DNA of 62,834 nt from a virus. Taxonomy: Duplodnaviria > Caudoviricetes. Positions 47,606 through 55,415 of this stretch are shown here, in pieces. The first letter of the stretch is position 1, and the number at the start of each line of letters is the position of its first letter. A model generated the notes under the pieces. It worked only from the letters and a program-made list of their open reading frames with translations. It had not been told where the DNA came from and ran no database searches. The stretch is taken from the IMG/VR virus record IMGVR_UViG_3300005805_000089, positions 1 through 62,834 of that record; one strand, 5' to 3'. The translations under genes and the position numbers were made by a program.

Positions 47606-48214
47606 TTAGTTTGAGAAGCCGTAGTAAATTACTATCGATTGTCCAAGCGGTACTGGGCTAGTGAATTTGATATACCACCCATCTGCATACGGTGCGCTAG
47701 GACCAGCTAAACTACCACCGACGCTTTCGTAAACATTAAAGTTTGTTCCGCTTACTTGCCAGACGTTTTGTATCAAAACTACGATATTGTTTGTTGCAGG
47801 ATCATCTGCTTGATAGGATGTTCCCGTAGGAACTGATAATAAAGGAAATACTGTTTCAACACCATCACCTGGACCTAATGGTTGTTTGGTGATTGCTGTA
47901 GCACCTGGTCCTCGGACAACTTCCCAAATGCCTTTGATCAAACATTCTAAGCTATTGGTATCGATGTTATATCTTATAGTACCGTCAGCATATTCGTCAC
48001 CGGTTTGCGTTACTGCAATACCAGGCCAGCGTCCTTTTGTAGGATTAGGACGTTGATTTTGTGGAGTGTTCTCGGCAAACGCTTCATCGCCTGTTCCTTG
48101 TGGCAATCGTAACCCGCCTGTTAGATTCATGACCGCTAGTCCAAACTGATCAGTAAAAAGCCTTTGGTCTCTAGGATTAAATCTATTAGTATTTTGTTGT
48201 TTTAAAAATTTCAT
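47606..48214 (-). CDS. Virion structural protein
   Basis: LRLPQG...QRP...GTIRYNIDTNSLE...W motif shared with the short fibre proteins. Confidence 0.65.
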   Translation of the reverse strand: MKFLKQQNTNRFNPRDQRLFTDQFGLAVMNLTGGLRLPQGTGDEAFAENTPQNQRPNPTKGRWPGIAVTQTGDEYADGTIRYNIDTNSLECLIKGIWEVVRGPGATAITKQPLGPGDGVETVFPLLSVPTGTSYQADDPATNNIVVLIQNVWQVSGTNFNVYESVGGSLAGPSAPYADGWYIKFTSPVPLGQSIVIYYGFSN

Positions 48215-48215
48215 A

Positions 48216-48743
48216 TTATACCGGTAATGAGCTAACAGTTACACTGATTAGATTTCTTGTTGCTGTACCTGTAGTACCGCCTCCCGCCCCAGTTGCTGTA
48301 AAGTGTACACCTACTGTGTTTGATGCAGCACCAATTGCGGTAAAATCTGTATCGCCTACGTTTAAGATAGTGTAGTTCGCACCAAGAACAAAAGCATTAG
48401 TAGTTTCAGTTCCGCCAGTAGTAGCACCTATTTGAATTTCGTCGCCACCTGCTAGAATAATACGTTCATCACTGAAAAATACAGTTTCTCCTGCTGGGAT
48501 CGTTAGTTCGTTTACTATTAGATGTTTTTGTGAAAGAGTATCTAATTTTCTTTTTAAGTATATACTAACGTTCACAGATCTAACAGTTACATCTGTTAGG
48601 TCTGGAGTACCTACATTACAAAGCACCATAGATGTCACTGCTGATTGTTGTTCAGTGCCACCCGATGCTCCAGTGTCTGTACTTTTAAACACTACCCACG
48701 GACTGGTTAACGATGATGAATTTACTGCTGAACTTGTAATCAT
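48216..48743 (-). CDS. Small beta-sandwich virion protein with insertion
   Basis: AVTSMVLCN...LIVNELTIPAGET....ERIIL..GDEI. Confidence 0.65.
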   Translation of the reverse strand: MITSSAVNSSSLTSPWVVFKSTDTGASGGTEQQSAVTSMVLCNVGTPDLTDVTVRSVNVSIYLKRKLDTLSQKHLIVNELTIPAGETVFFSDERIILAGGDEIQIGATTGGTETTNAFVLGANYTILNVGDTDFTAIGAASNTVGVHFTATGAGGGTTGTATRNLISVTVSSLPV

Positions 48744-48755
48744 ATGTTTTTCTCT

Positions 48756-49760
48756 TTAAAATATCATGCTAAAAAGCACGGCTTTGTTTTTACTTATTAA
48801 TTCACCTTGCTGATAGTAGGTATTTGCACTATCATTTACAAAATATACTCCACTAGTTCCAATGTCAGGATCAGCAGCGTAAACTAAAGATGCTGATGAT
48901 ACATAGGTTGGAGGAGTTGGTCTTTGAGTTAATTGTAAGGCATAATTAGTTTCCAATTTACCTGTACCTTGTGTGGTCATTACAATGTTATCATCGACGT
49001 TAATCGCTTTTATTTCGTTGTTTTCATATCTTAGATCTTGTATGGTTGCGTATGTTTTATAGAAAACAGAATTGATATCTCCATCAACTACTACGCTAAT
49101 AAGATCAACCACTGGTTGTGACGCATATGGTCCAACTGATGGAGGGAAATTTGTTAATAGATCTAATGGATCTGCTGTATCAAATGCAACTACACGAGTG
49201 TTACCTCTTAAAATTTGATATGTTGGATTATTTTGTACAGCTTCGTCAACATATTTTTTATTTGGTATTGCATCGTCTCCAAATGCTTGAACCTGTAATT
49301 CGTAATTTGTTGTACCAAGTACGGATAATACTCCAGCACCTGTACTGATCAGATTTAAGTTGCCATTGGGATTAGATACTGTAGGCTCTGTTAATATCTG
49401 ATTTACTATTAATCGACTTTCTTCGAAATCGTATGATCCTTCAGTACCGCCTGCTATCATCCAAGCATCTGAATTTTCATTATATAAGAAGAAACTGTCG
49501 CCGGACGGTGCTATTCCTCTATCTACGCGAACACCTGCGTATGTTAGAGTTACTCCGGCTCCAGTTTCGCCGTTGTTTACTGTGATGATATTGTCAACAA
49601 CATCTAAGTTTTCAGCAGAGATAGTTAATGTGTCGCCTTCGACTATAAGATTACCGGTGACACGTAGTTCACCAACACCCGGTCCGGTATCTACAGTTAC
49701 CCTGTTGCCGGTCGATGTTTTAATATTATAGTCACCGTTGACTCTTAGAAACTCACCCAT
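48756..49760 (-). CDS. Virion structural / fibre-type protein
   Basis: VTGNLIVEGDT...V.DNIITVN.GE, IPNKKYVD. Confidence 0.65.
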   Translation of the reverse strand: MGEFLRVNGDYNIKTSTGNRVTVDTGPGVGELRVTGNLIVEGDTLTISAENLDVVDNIITVNNGETGAGVTLTYAGVRVDRGIAPSGDSFFLYNENSDAWMIAGGTEGSYDFEESRLIVNQILTEPTVSNPNGNLNLISTGAGVLSVLGTTNYELQVQAFGDDAIPNKKYVDEAVQNNPTYQILRGNTRVVAFDTADPLDLLTNFPPSVGPYASQPVVDLISVVVDGDINSVFYKTYATIQDLRYENNEIKAINVDDNIVMTTQGTGKLETNYALQLTQRPTPPTYVSSASLVYAADPDIGTSGVYFVNDSANTYYQQGELISKNKAVLFSMIF

Positions 49761-49774
49761 GCTTAATTCCTAAA

Positions 49775-50236
49775 TTACATTACTGTTGAAAATGGTGTTA
49801 AAACAATATAATCTGCTGATGAATCGTTTTCTAAGTACCAAGTGTATTTTGTTTGGTCATGGTTAGTTGTAGCATTTGAATCTTCACCACGATAAAATCC
49901 AGAACTTAATACGGGAACTGATGGAAAACCATAAGCAATACGTTTTGTTAATTTAGCGATAGCTACTAGTCCTGTATCTAAATTACCAGTTGTAGAACCT
50001 TGGATTCTCATTTCGCCTGCTGCGTTTGGTGTTGTATCTACTAATTTGCAAACAAACATAGTACCTGGTGATCCAACACGAGCAACTTTAAATGTGTTTG
50101 CACCACGTTGTTTGATAATGATACCGTCTGTTCGATTTACTGAACCATCATAAAATTCACATGTGATTCCTGATGCGCTTACTGGCGTGTTAAGTACTTC
50201 GTTACCTAACACATCTTTCTTTAATGGACGTCCCAT
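49775..50236 (-). CDS. Hypothetical protein, probably an abundant virion protein
   Basis: Strong AAGGAG SD, own late promoter and structured leader; close to the capsid gene. Confidence 0.7.
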   Translation of the reverse strand: MGRPLKKDVLGNEVLNTPVSASGITCEFYDGSVNRTDGIIIKQRGANTFKVARVGSPGTMFVCKLVDTTPNAAGEMRIQGSTTGNLDTGLVAIAKLTKRIAYGFPSVPVLSSGFYRGEDSNATTNHDQTKYTWYLENDSSADYIVLTPFSTVM

Positions 50237-50252
50237 TTTGTTTCTCCTTAAA

Positions 50253-50319
50253 TTGACGTTCTAGGTCTACGGGGATGGTTACCCCATAAGTCTTGCCCTA
50301 TGCAAGTTCTTTCATAGAC
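50253..50319 (-). ncRNA. Candidate three-way-junction RNA leader
   Basis: P1 GTCTA/TAGAC, P2 CTTGC/GCAAG, P3 GGGG/CCCC between ATAAATA (50324-50330) and the SD. Confidence 0.55.
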
Positions 50320-50326
50320 ATTATAT

Positions 50327-50596
50327 TTATCTTTTGCTGAGTAATGCCATAAGCTCTATTTTTTCTACCATTAGCAACACTCTATTGATTTCATCTATAG
50401 CTTCTTGAGCACGTTCTAGATAAACTTTTTTATGTGTTTGTCTATAGCCTATTAATGCCTCACTGTACTTTTTAATAAATTTTTCTACAATATCTTCTAT
50501 TTTAATAACGTCGTGTTTAAACATTGGAAAACGTTTTTTCCATTTACCAATCATTTGACGTATTTCAGGAAAGTCTTTTTCTGATGTAATTTGCAT
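50327..50596 (-). CDS. Small basic helical hypothetical protein
   Basis: Start MQITSEK at 50596, 5 nt after TTAAATA; the longer track start falls at the terminator U-tract. Confidence 0.65.
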   Translation of the reverse strand: MQITSEKDFPEIRQMIGKWKKRFPMFKHDVIKIEDIVEKFIKKYSEALIGYRQTHKKVYLERAQEAIDEINRVLLMVEKIELMALLSKR

Positions 50597-50611
50597 ATAG
50601 ATATTTAAGCC

Positions 50612-50640
50612 AAACAAAAAGGCTCCGAAGAGCCTTTTTG
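50612..50640 (-). terminator. Intrinsic terminator after the major capsid gene
   Basis: AAAAAGGCTC-TTCG-GAGCCTTTTT on minus. Confidence 0.88.
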
Positions 50641-50664
50641 AATTTGCGTTACTTGAACTACTAA

Positions 50665-51834
50665 TTAAGCAAATTTTAAGTTAGCTGTTGTAACAGCAAC
50701 TTTGCCTAAGTAGTCAGCAGCATTACCAAGTGATGATGCAGTATTTGTTAACTCAACATAACCATAACGTGTCATGAAGCTAACTACTGGTTCAAATGTG
50801 CTTGGATCTAACACAACACCGCTTGACATCAATGGGATGTATGGGCAGTAGAATGCTGCTGCGTCAGATTCTGAAGAACCTTTGTAACCAACTAATACGT
50901 CATCGCTTGTAGCGTAACCGTTAACATAAACACGCATTGCTGAATTCAATGTACCAACGAATTTTGTATTTGTTGGAGCTTCGAATGTACCTTCTGTAGT
51001 ACGTGCAAATGCTGATGTTGTTGCTGATTGAAGGATTGTTAATGTCGTTGGAGACACAACAGCCCAGTTACCAGCGCCACGACGTGTACGTTGTGCAATC
51101 AAGTTTGCTGTACGGTTGATTTGAACAGCTAAAGCAGCGTGTTCGTCACCAACGAATGTAGCAGTACCTGATACAGTGTTTTGGTCGTATGTTAAAACAG
51201 TACCAGCTAAGTTAGATAAAGAAGCAAGAACTTCTTGATCGATTTCAGCTGTAATTTCTTGTGCTAGTGCAGCCATGATTTCTGCTTCGATGTCAATGCC
51301 TTGTTGGGCTTGTGCATCTTGAGCAGCTTCAAACGTCCAGCGAGCTGACAATTTACGTGTCTTAGCTTCAACTGTTTGTTTCAAGATTTGGATGCTTAAT
51401 CTGTTACCAGCTACACCTTCTAAAGCTGCTGTTGAAGCTGCTTTGTCGTTAGCTGCACCAGAATAGCCTTCTGCGATCTTGAATGGGCTTAATGCTTCAT
51501 CGCCAGCTGTTGTATCTGTACCACTTGTGCTGTCGAATGCGTCTGCATAGCGAACACGTAGAGTATGGATTTGACCAACTGGACCAGTCATTGGTTGTAC
51601 ACCTACTAATTCGTTAGCAATAACGGTAGGCATTACACGTCTGATCACTGGAAGGATCACACGATTTAGTGTTGCAACGTTGCCAGCAGATGTAGCGCCA
51701 GCAGTAGCAGACTCAGCCAAATACTTGCGGGTATTTTCGAGAGTCGTTGCCATTACTGTACGCTTGTTACCTTGAAGACCCTCTAAAAGAGCGTCTTTGG
51801 TCTCTGTCCAGCGTGACTCGAGTAATTGTGACAT
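50665..51834 (-). CDS. gp23: Major capsid protein
   Basis: LPVIRRVMP..IANELVGVQPMTGPVGQI, VEAKTRKLSARWTFEAAQD, EITAEIDQE, FYCPYIPL, FMTRYG. Confidence 0.97.
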   Translation of the reverse strand: MSQLLESRWTETKDALLEGLQGNKRTVMATTLENTRKYLAESATAGATSAGNVATLNRVILPVIRRVMPTVIANELVGVQPMTGPVGQIHTLRVRYADAFDSTSGTDTTAGDEALSPFKIAEGYSGAANDKAASTAALEGVAGNRLSIQILKQTVEAKTRKLSARWTFEAAQDAQAQQGIDIEAEIMAALAQEITAEIDQEVLASLSNLAGTVLTYDQNTVSGTATFVGDEHAALAVQINRTANLIAQRTRRGAGNWAVVSPTTLTILQSATTSAFARTTEGTFEAPTNTKFVGTLNSAMRVYVNGYATSDDVLVGYKGSSESDAAAFYCPYIPLMSSGVVLDPSTFEPVVSFMTRYGYVELTNTASSLGNAADYLGKVAVTTANLKFA

Positions 51835-51846
51835 TATAGTTTCTCC

Positions 51847-52938
51847 TTAAACTTTTAGTCCCGCAAGCCTGCGGATATCAATTATTTCAGCACCTTTTTC
51901 TTCAGCGCCGATTGGGTTTGCCTGCTTATCGCCTGTAATTTCTTTAGCCTCTGTTAATGCTTTTTTAGACGGAGTGCCACCATTCATTACTGCTGGTAGG
52001 TACTTGTCAAAAGCATTATGTAATTTATCAGTTTGAACTGATTCTAGTAATTCGCTCATTACAGAACGCTTGTCACCAGTTAAAGGACCTAATAGTTCAG
52101 ACATAACATCTTTACGTTGAGTGCTTTCTTTGATGATCGCGATTTCTTTTTCTTTGCTTGCTACTAGGTTTTGTGTTTCTGCAACAATTTTTGCTGCTTC
52201 TTCAAGTTCTTGAGTGTTTCGATCAATAACTTTTAGAAGTTTAGCTGTCTCTGATTTCTCATTGAGATGGCTTGCAGCATACTCACTTGCAAATGATTCA
52301 AAAATTCTGCGACCAAAATCATTTCTGCGAGCAGCATCGATGTCTTCTTTCAACTGAGTCATTTCAGATTTAATACCTTTCGATACTGTTTCTTCGATGA
52401 TCTTAACTGATTTAGCAATAAAATCTTTCTTGACTGATTCGAATTTAGCCTTGCTATCACGAACTAATTTTACTTTAGTTTCAGCAAGGTCTTTCTTGTC
52501 AGCGTGGAATTCTGCGATTTCTTTCGCTAGTGCATCCACAATGAATGATTCATATTTTGCAACATTTCCTGCTACTGCTTTACGATCTTCGTGTAGTTCT
52601 GCAAGCTCTTTCTTAAGATTATTAAGAATGAAAGATTCTAAAACTTTAGCATCTTCTTGCATTTTTGCTGCGTATTTTGCACGTGCTTCGATAAGTCCTT
52701 GACGATCTTCTGCCAATTCGCTTAGTTCTGCTTGTAGGCGATCTGATAACATAGCTTCAACAGCTTCTACCATAGCACCTTTGTCGTGTTCATATTTTTG
52801 AGCAAATTCTTCACGTAGTTCAGCTGTAACTTGATCACGGTTTTCTTGAATTCTGCTATTCCAAGCAGTTTCAATTTCCGATTTGATTTCCTCGGAAATC
52901 ACATTGTTTTCAAACAACTGTTTTACAATATCTAACAT
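51847..52938 (-). CDS. gp22: Prohead core scaffolding protein
   Basis: Long Glu/Lys-rich coiled coil between protease and capsid genes; FGRRIFESF. Confidence 0.85.
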   Translation of the reverse strand: MLDIVKQLFENNVISEEIKSEIETAWNSRIQENRDQVTAELREEFAQKYEHDKGAMVEAVEAMLSDRLQAELSELAEDRQGLIEARAKYAAKMQEDAKVLESFILNNLKKELAELHEDRKAVAGNVAKYESFIVDALAKEIAEFHADKKDLAETKVKLVRDSKAKFESVKKDFIAKSVKIIEETVSKGIKSEMTQLKEDIDAARRNDFGRRIFESFASEYAASHLNEKSETAKLLKVIDRNTQELEEAAKIVAETQNLVASKEKEIAIIKESTQRKDVMSELLGPLTGDKRSVMSELLESVQTDKLHNAFDKYLPAVMNGGTPSKKALTEAKEITGDKQANPIGAEEKGAEIIDIRRLAGLKV

Positions 52939-52953
52939 GTGATTCTCCTCGTT

Positions 52954-53589
52954 TTATTTGAGTCCCTTGATGATTTTCACCAAGCTCTCTCTTAGATACT
53001 TCTGTGCCTGTGGGTCGCCTTGAATTTCTTGAGCAATCTTAAATGCCTTATATCCACCTTGATTATTCATCAAGTGTTCATAAACTGGGGTAGGATAAGC
53101 TCCTGGAGCTGATGGTTGAGCAACAACATCAACAGTAATAATTTCAAAACCTTGAACATTGCCACTTGAATCAACTTCACCTGATCCACGTGAGCTAACA
53201 CCTAATTTAACTCCCGACGTGAGCATAGTTTCAATCAACTTGCCCATTGGTGTCGGGAGTATTTTAAGTTTTCCGTAACCGTTAGGTCCATCCATCCACA
53301 TTTTCGTGATCATATGGCTAACGCGGTCAAGATTAATACGTAAATCTGCAGGATGATCAACTTCACCTAGCACGGAGTAACCGCCAGCGATCTGTTCATT
53401 GAGCGTTTTGACAGCCTTGCCAATTTCTTGAGAAGAATAAACACGTTGGTTCTGATTACGGATGTCACCTTGTATACAGATACCGTTTAAATGTAACGTT
53501 TTACCACCGTTACCATCTTCTTCGCTCTCTAAGACAATCTTAGCCTGATCGTAACTCAAATGTTCTGCTAGTGTTAGTCTGTTGTTCAC
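52954..53589 (-). CDS. gp21: Prohead protease (GTG start)
   Basis: GICIQGDIRNQNQRVY, LGEVDHP, INLDRVSH, TPMG, LGVSSRGSG, DVVAQPSAPGAY. Confidence 0.95.
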   Translation of the reverse strand: MNNRLTLAEHLSYDQAKIVLESEEDGNGGKTLHLNGICIQGDIRNQNQRVYSSQEIGKAVKTLNEQIAGGYSVLGEVDHPADLRINLDRVSHMITKMWMDGPNGYGKLKILPTPMGKLIETMLTSGVKLGVSSRGSGEVDSSGNVQGFEIITVDVVAQPSAPGAYPTPVYEHLMNNQGGYKAFKIAQEIQGDPQAQKYLRESLVKIIKGLK

Positions 53590-53603
53590 CTAGTTATTTC
53601 CTC

Positions 53604-54467
53604 TTAACGTTTGTTACGGAAAAGACTGTTGGTGTTATCTGCTTGTTCAGCAGCACCTTTTTTCTCTGCACCATGACCGCTAGTTTCTTTTTTCAAAGAA
53701 TCAGCAGCTTTGCCGCCAGGAACATTAACGTTTCCTGCATTGTCTTCTTTAGCTTTGTTACCTGCTAAACCACCTGCTGTGCCTTTTGAAGAATTATCTT
53801 CTTGTGCTTTAGCGATGTTAGCTGTAGTACCGCCCATGTCGTTTTTGCCAGCAACTGTTGAAGTTGTGTTGTCGGCTTTTTCAGCAGCGCCTTTCTTTTC
53901 TGCACCGTGACCAGCTGGAACTTTTTCAACGTATTCACGTACTGTTTCTAGTTCTGGTTCAAAAGCTTCTTTTTCTTCTTCGCCTGTGTCGCCGTCAGCA
54001 GCATGTTCTTTTTCTTCCATGCCTTTTAATTCGTCGAATTTAGCTTGTAATTCGTCAACGATAGACTCTAAATCTTGAAAAAGTTCTTCTTCGTCTTTTT
54101 CTGTTTCTTCGCCTGCTTCGTCAGCATCTAATTCTGCTTCTAATTCGTCAGTTGGATCCCCGCCCATCTCGTCATCTGCTTCGATTGCGATGTCTTCAAA
54201 TCCTTCTTCAACTTCTGCGTCTTCGTCAGATTCTGATGCTTCATCTACTTTTTCGTCTTCTGCGTCTTCATCTTTAGCAGCTTCGTCAACTTCTTTGTCT
54301 TCTTCATCTTCTTCTTTTGATTCTTCTGAAATTTCTGATTCGATTAAATCTTCATAAATTTCACGTGATTTTGATACTACGTATTCGTGGAAAAGCTCTT
54401 CTGCTTTTGTTTGATCGTCATTTACTAAATGCTCTAGCATTTGTTCGATAATTTTCTTATCTGCCAT
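53604..54467 (-). CDS. Highly acidic prohead core protein (gp67-like by position and composition)
   Basis: Very Glu/Asp-rich; upstream of gp21; duplicated GHGAEKKGAAE.ADNT. Confidence 0.6.
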   Translation of the reverse strand: MADKKIIEQMLEHLVNDDQTKAEELFHEYVVSKSREIYEDLIESEISEESKEEDEEDKEVDEAAKDEDAEDEKVDEASESDEDAEVEEGFEDIAIEADDEMGGDPTDELEAELDADEAGEETEKDEEELFQDLESIVDELQAKFDELKGMEEKEHAADGDTGEEEKEAFEPELETVREYVEKVPAGHGAEKKGAAEKADNTTSTVAGKNDMGGTTANIAKAQEDNSSKGTAGGLAGNKAKEDNAGNVNVPGGKAADSLKKETSGHGAEKKGAAEQADNTNSLFRNKR

Positions 54468-54494
54468 GTTATTCTCCTAAAATTTATATTGATG

Positions 54495-54516
54495 ACTCGG
54501 CTGTCGAGTTATTTAA
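54495..54516 (-). promoter_or_regulatory. Late promoter element with 5' hairpin for the head operon
   Basis: TTAAATA followed by ACTCG-ACAGC-CGAGT. Confidence 0.5.
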
Positions 54517-54537
54517 CACGCACTTAAAAAAATGGCA

Positions 54538-55176
54538 TTAAATGGTACTTTTTTGATCAATTTGATCTTTATATATAGTGCCTGGAAATTTTTGTTCAAA
54601 AGTTGTAAAATGTATATGGCTAAGGTTAGGTAGTGTGGGGCCTAATTTGTCTGGAATATATGCGTTTGGTTCGATTACTCTAAAAAACTTTGTGTGTTTA
54701 AACTCTTTGATCACTTTTTCTGTCTGGTTTAGCCAATTACCGTGAAAAGTAGCAGCATCTGTTGACTTTTTGTAGTTAAATGTATCGGCATAAACATTAT
54801 TAAACTTGCCATTATTACCTTGATAATCAAACCCAAATATATAGATTTCTTTGTGTCCTTGGCTGGCTGCAAACCATAGTGCTGTAGGTCCTGAGCTCCA
54901 TCCTTTATGCGGATTAAAAAAGTTTATATTGGCTTTTGATGATATACCTTTATTAGGATTGGTCCATACTTGATGTGTTTTGTGATATCCGGCTGCTATT
55001 ATTTCATTGACCATTTTAACGTCAACAGCTACGAGATAGTGTGGATCTATTTCTCGATATAGGGCATTACACCCATATAAAGTTCCTAAGGTCTTTAAAG
55101 ATGCTGGATTAACAGACGTTCTACTACGTCCATTTCCAAGTACAAATGCGTTATTATCAGGCTGCTGTTTCTTCAC
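54538..55176 (-). CDS. Maf/MptE/CstII-like Rossmann protein, putative sugar transferase
   Basis: AFVLGNGRSR, LYGCNALYR, PHYLVAVD, SSGPTAL..A, KEIYIFGFD. Confidence 0.6.
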   Translation of the reverse strand: MKKQQPDNNAFVLGNGRSRTSVNPASLKTLGTLYGCNALYREIDPHYLVAVDVKMVNEIIAAGYHKTHQVWTNPNKGISSKANINFFNPHKGWSSGPTALWFAASQGHKEIYIFGFDYQGNNGKFNNVYADTFNYKKSTDAATFHGNWLNQTEKVIKEFKHTKFFRVIEPNAYIPDKLGPTLPNLSHIHFTTFEQKFPGTIYKDQIDQKSTI

Positions 55177-55402
55177 TTACTGGGGTCGCATACATTTGTT
55201 GGATGAATCCCAGCTCAGATTGATGTTCAGCGTTGTGGGCTTCTGCTTGAAGTCTTAGCTGATTGATTTGGCGTAGTGTTAGCCTTACTTTACGAGTATC
55301 ACCTTTTTCAAGAACAGAGCTATCTTTAGCATTGTCGTAGCGACGGTCAACAGCAAAATCGTTGTTGGTGTCATTAAAATAGATGAATTCACGTAGAAGC
55401 AT
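55157..55402 (-). CDS. Small hypothetical protein downstream of portal
   Basis: Start MLLREF at 55402, 5 nt after a perfect TATAAATA (55408-55415). Confidence 0.7.
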   Translation of the reverse strand: MLLREFIYFNDTNNDFAVDRRYDNAKDSSVLEKGDTRKVRLTLRQINQLRLQAEAHNAEHQSELGFIQQMYATPVSEETAA

Positions 55403-55415
55403 GTTTATATTTATA

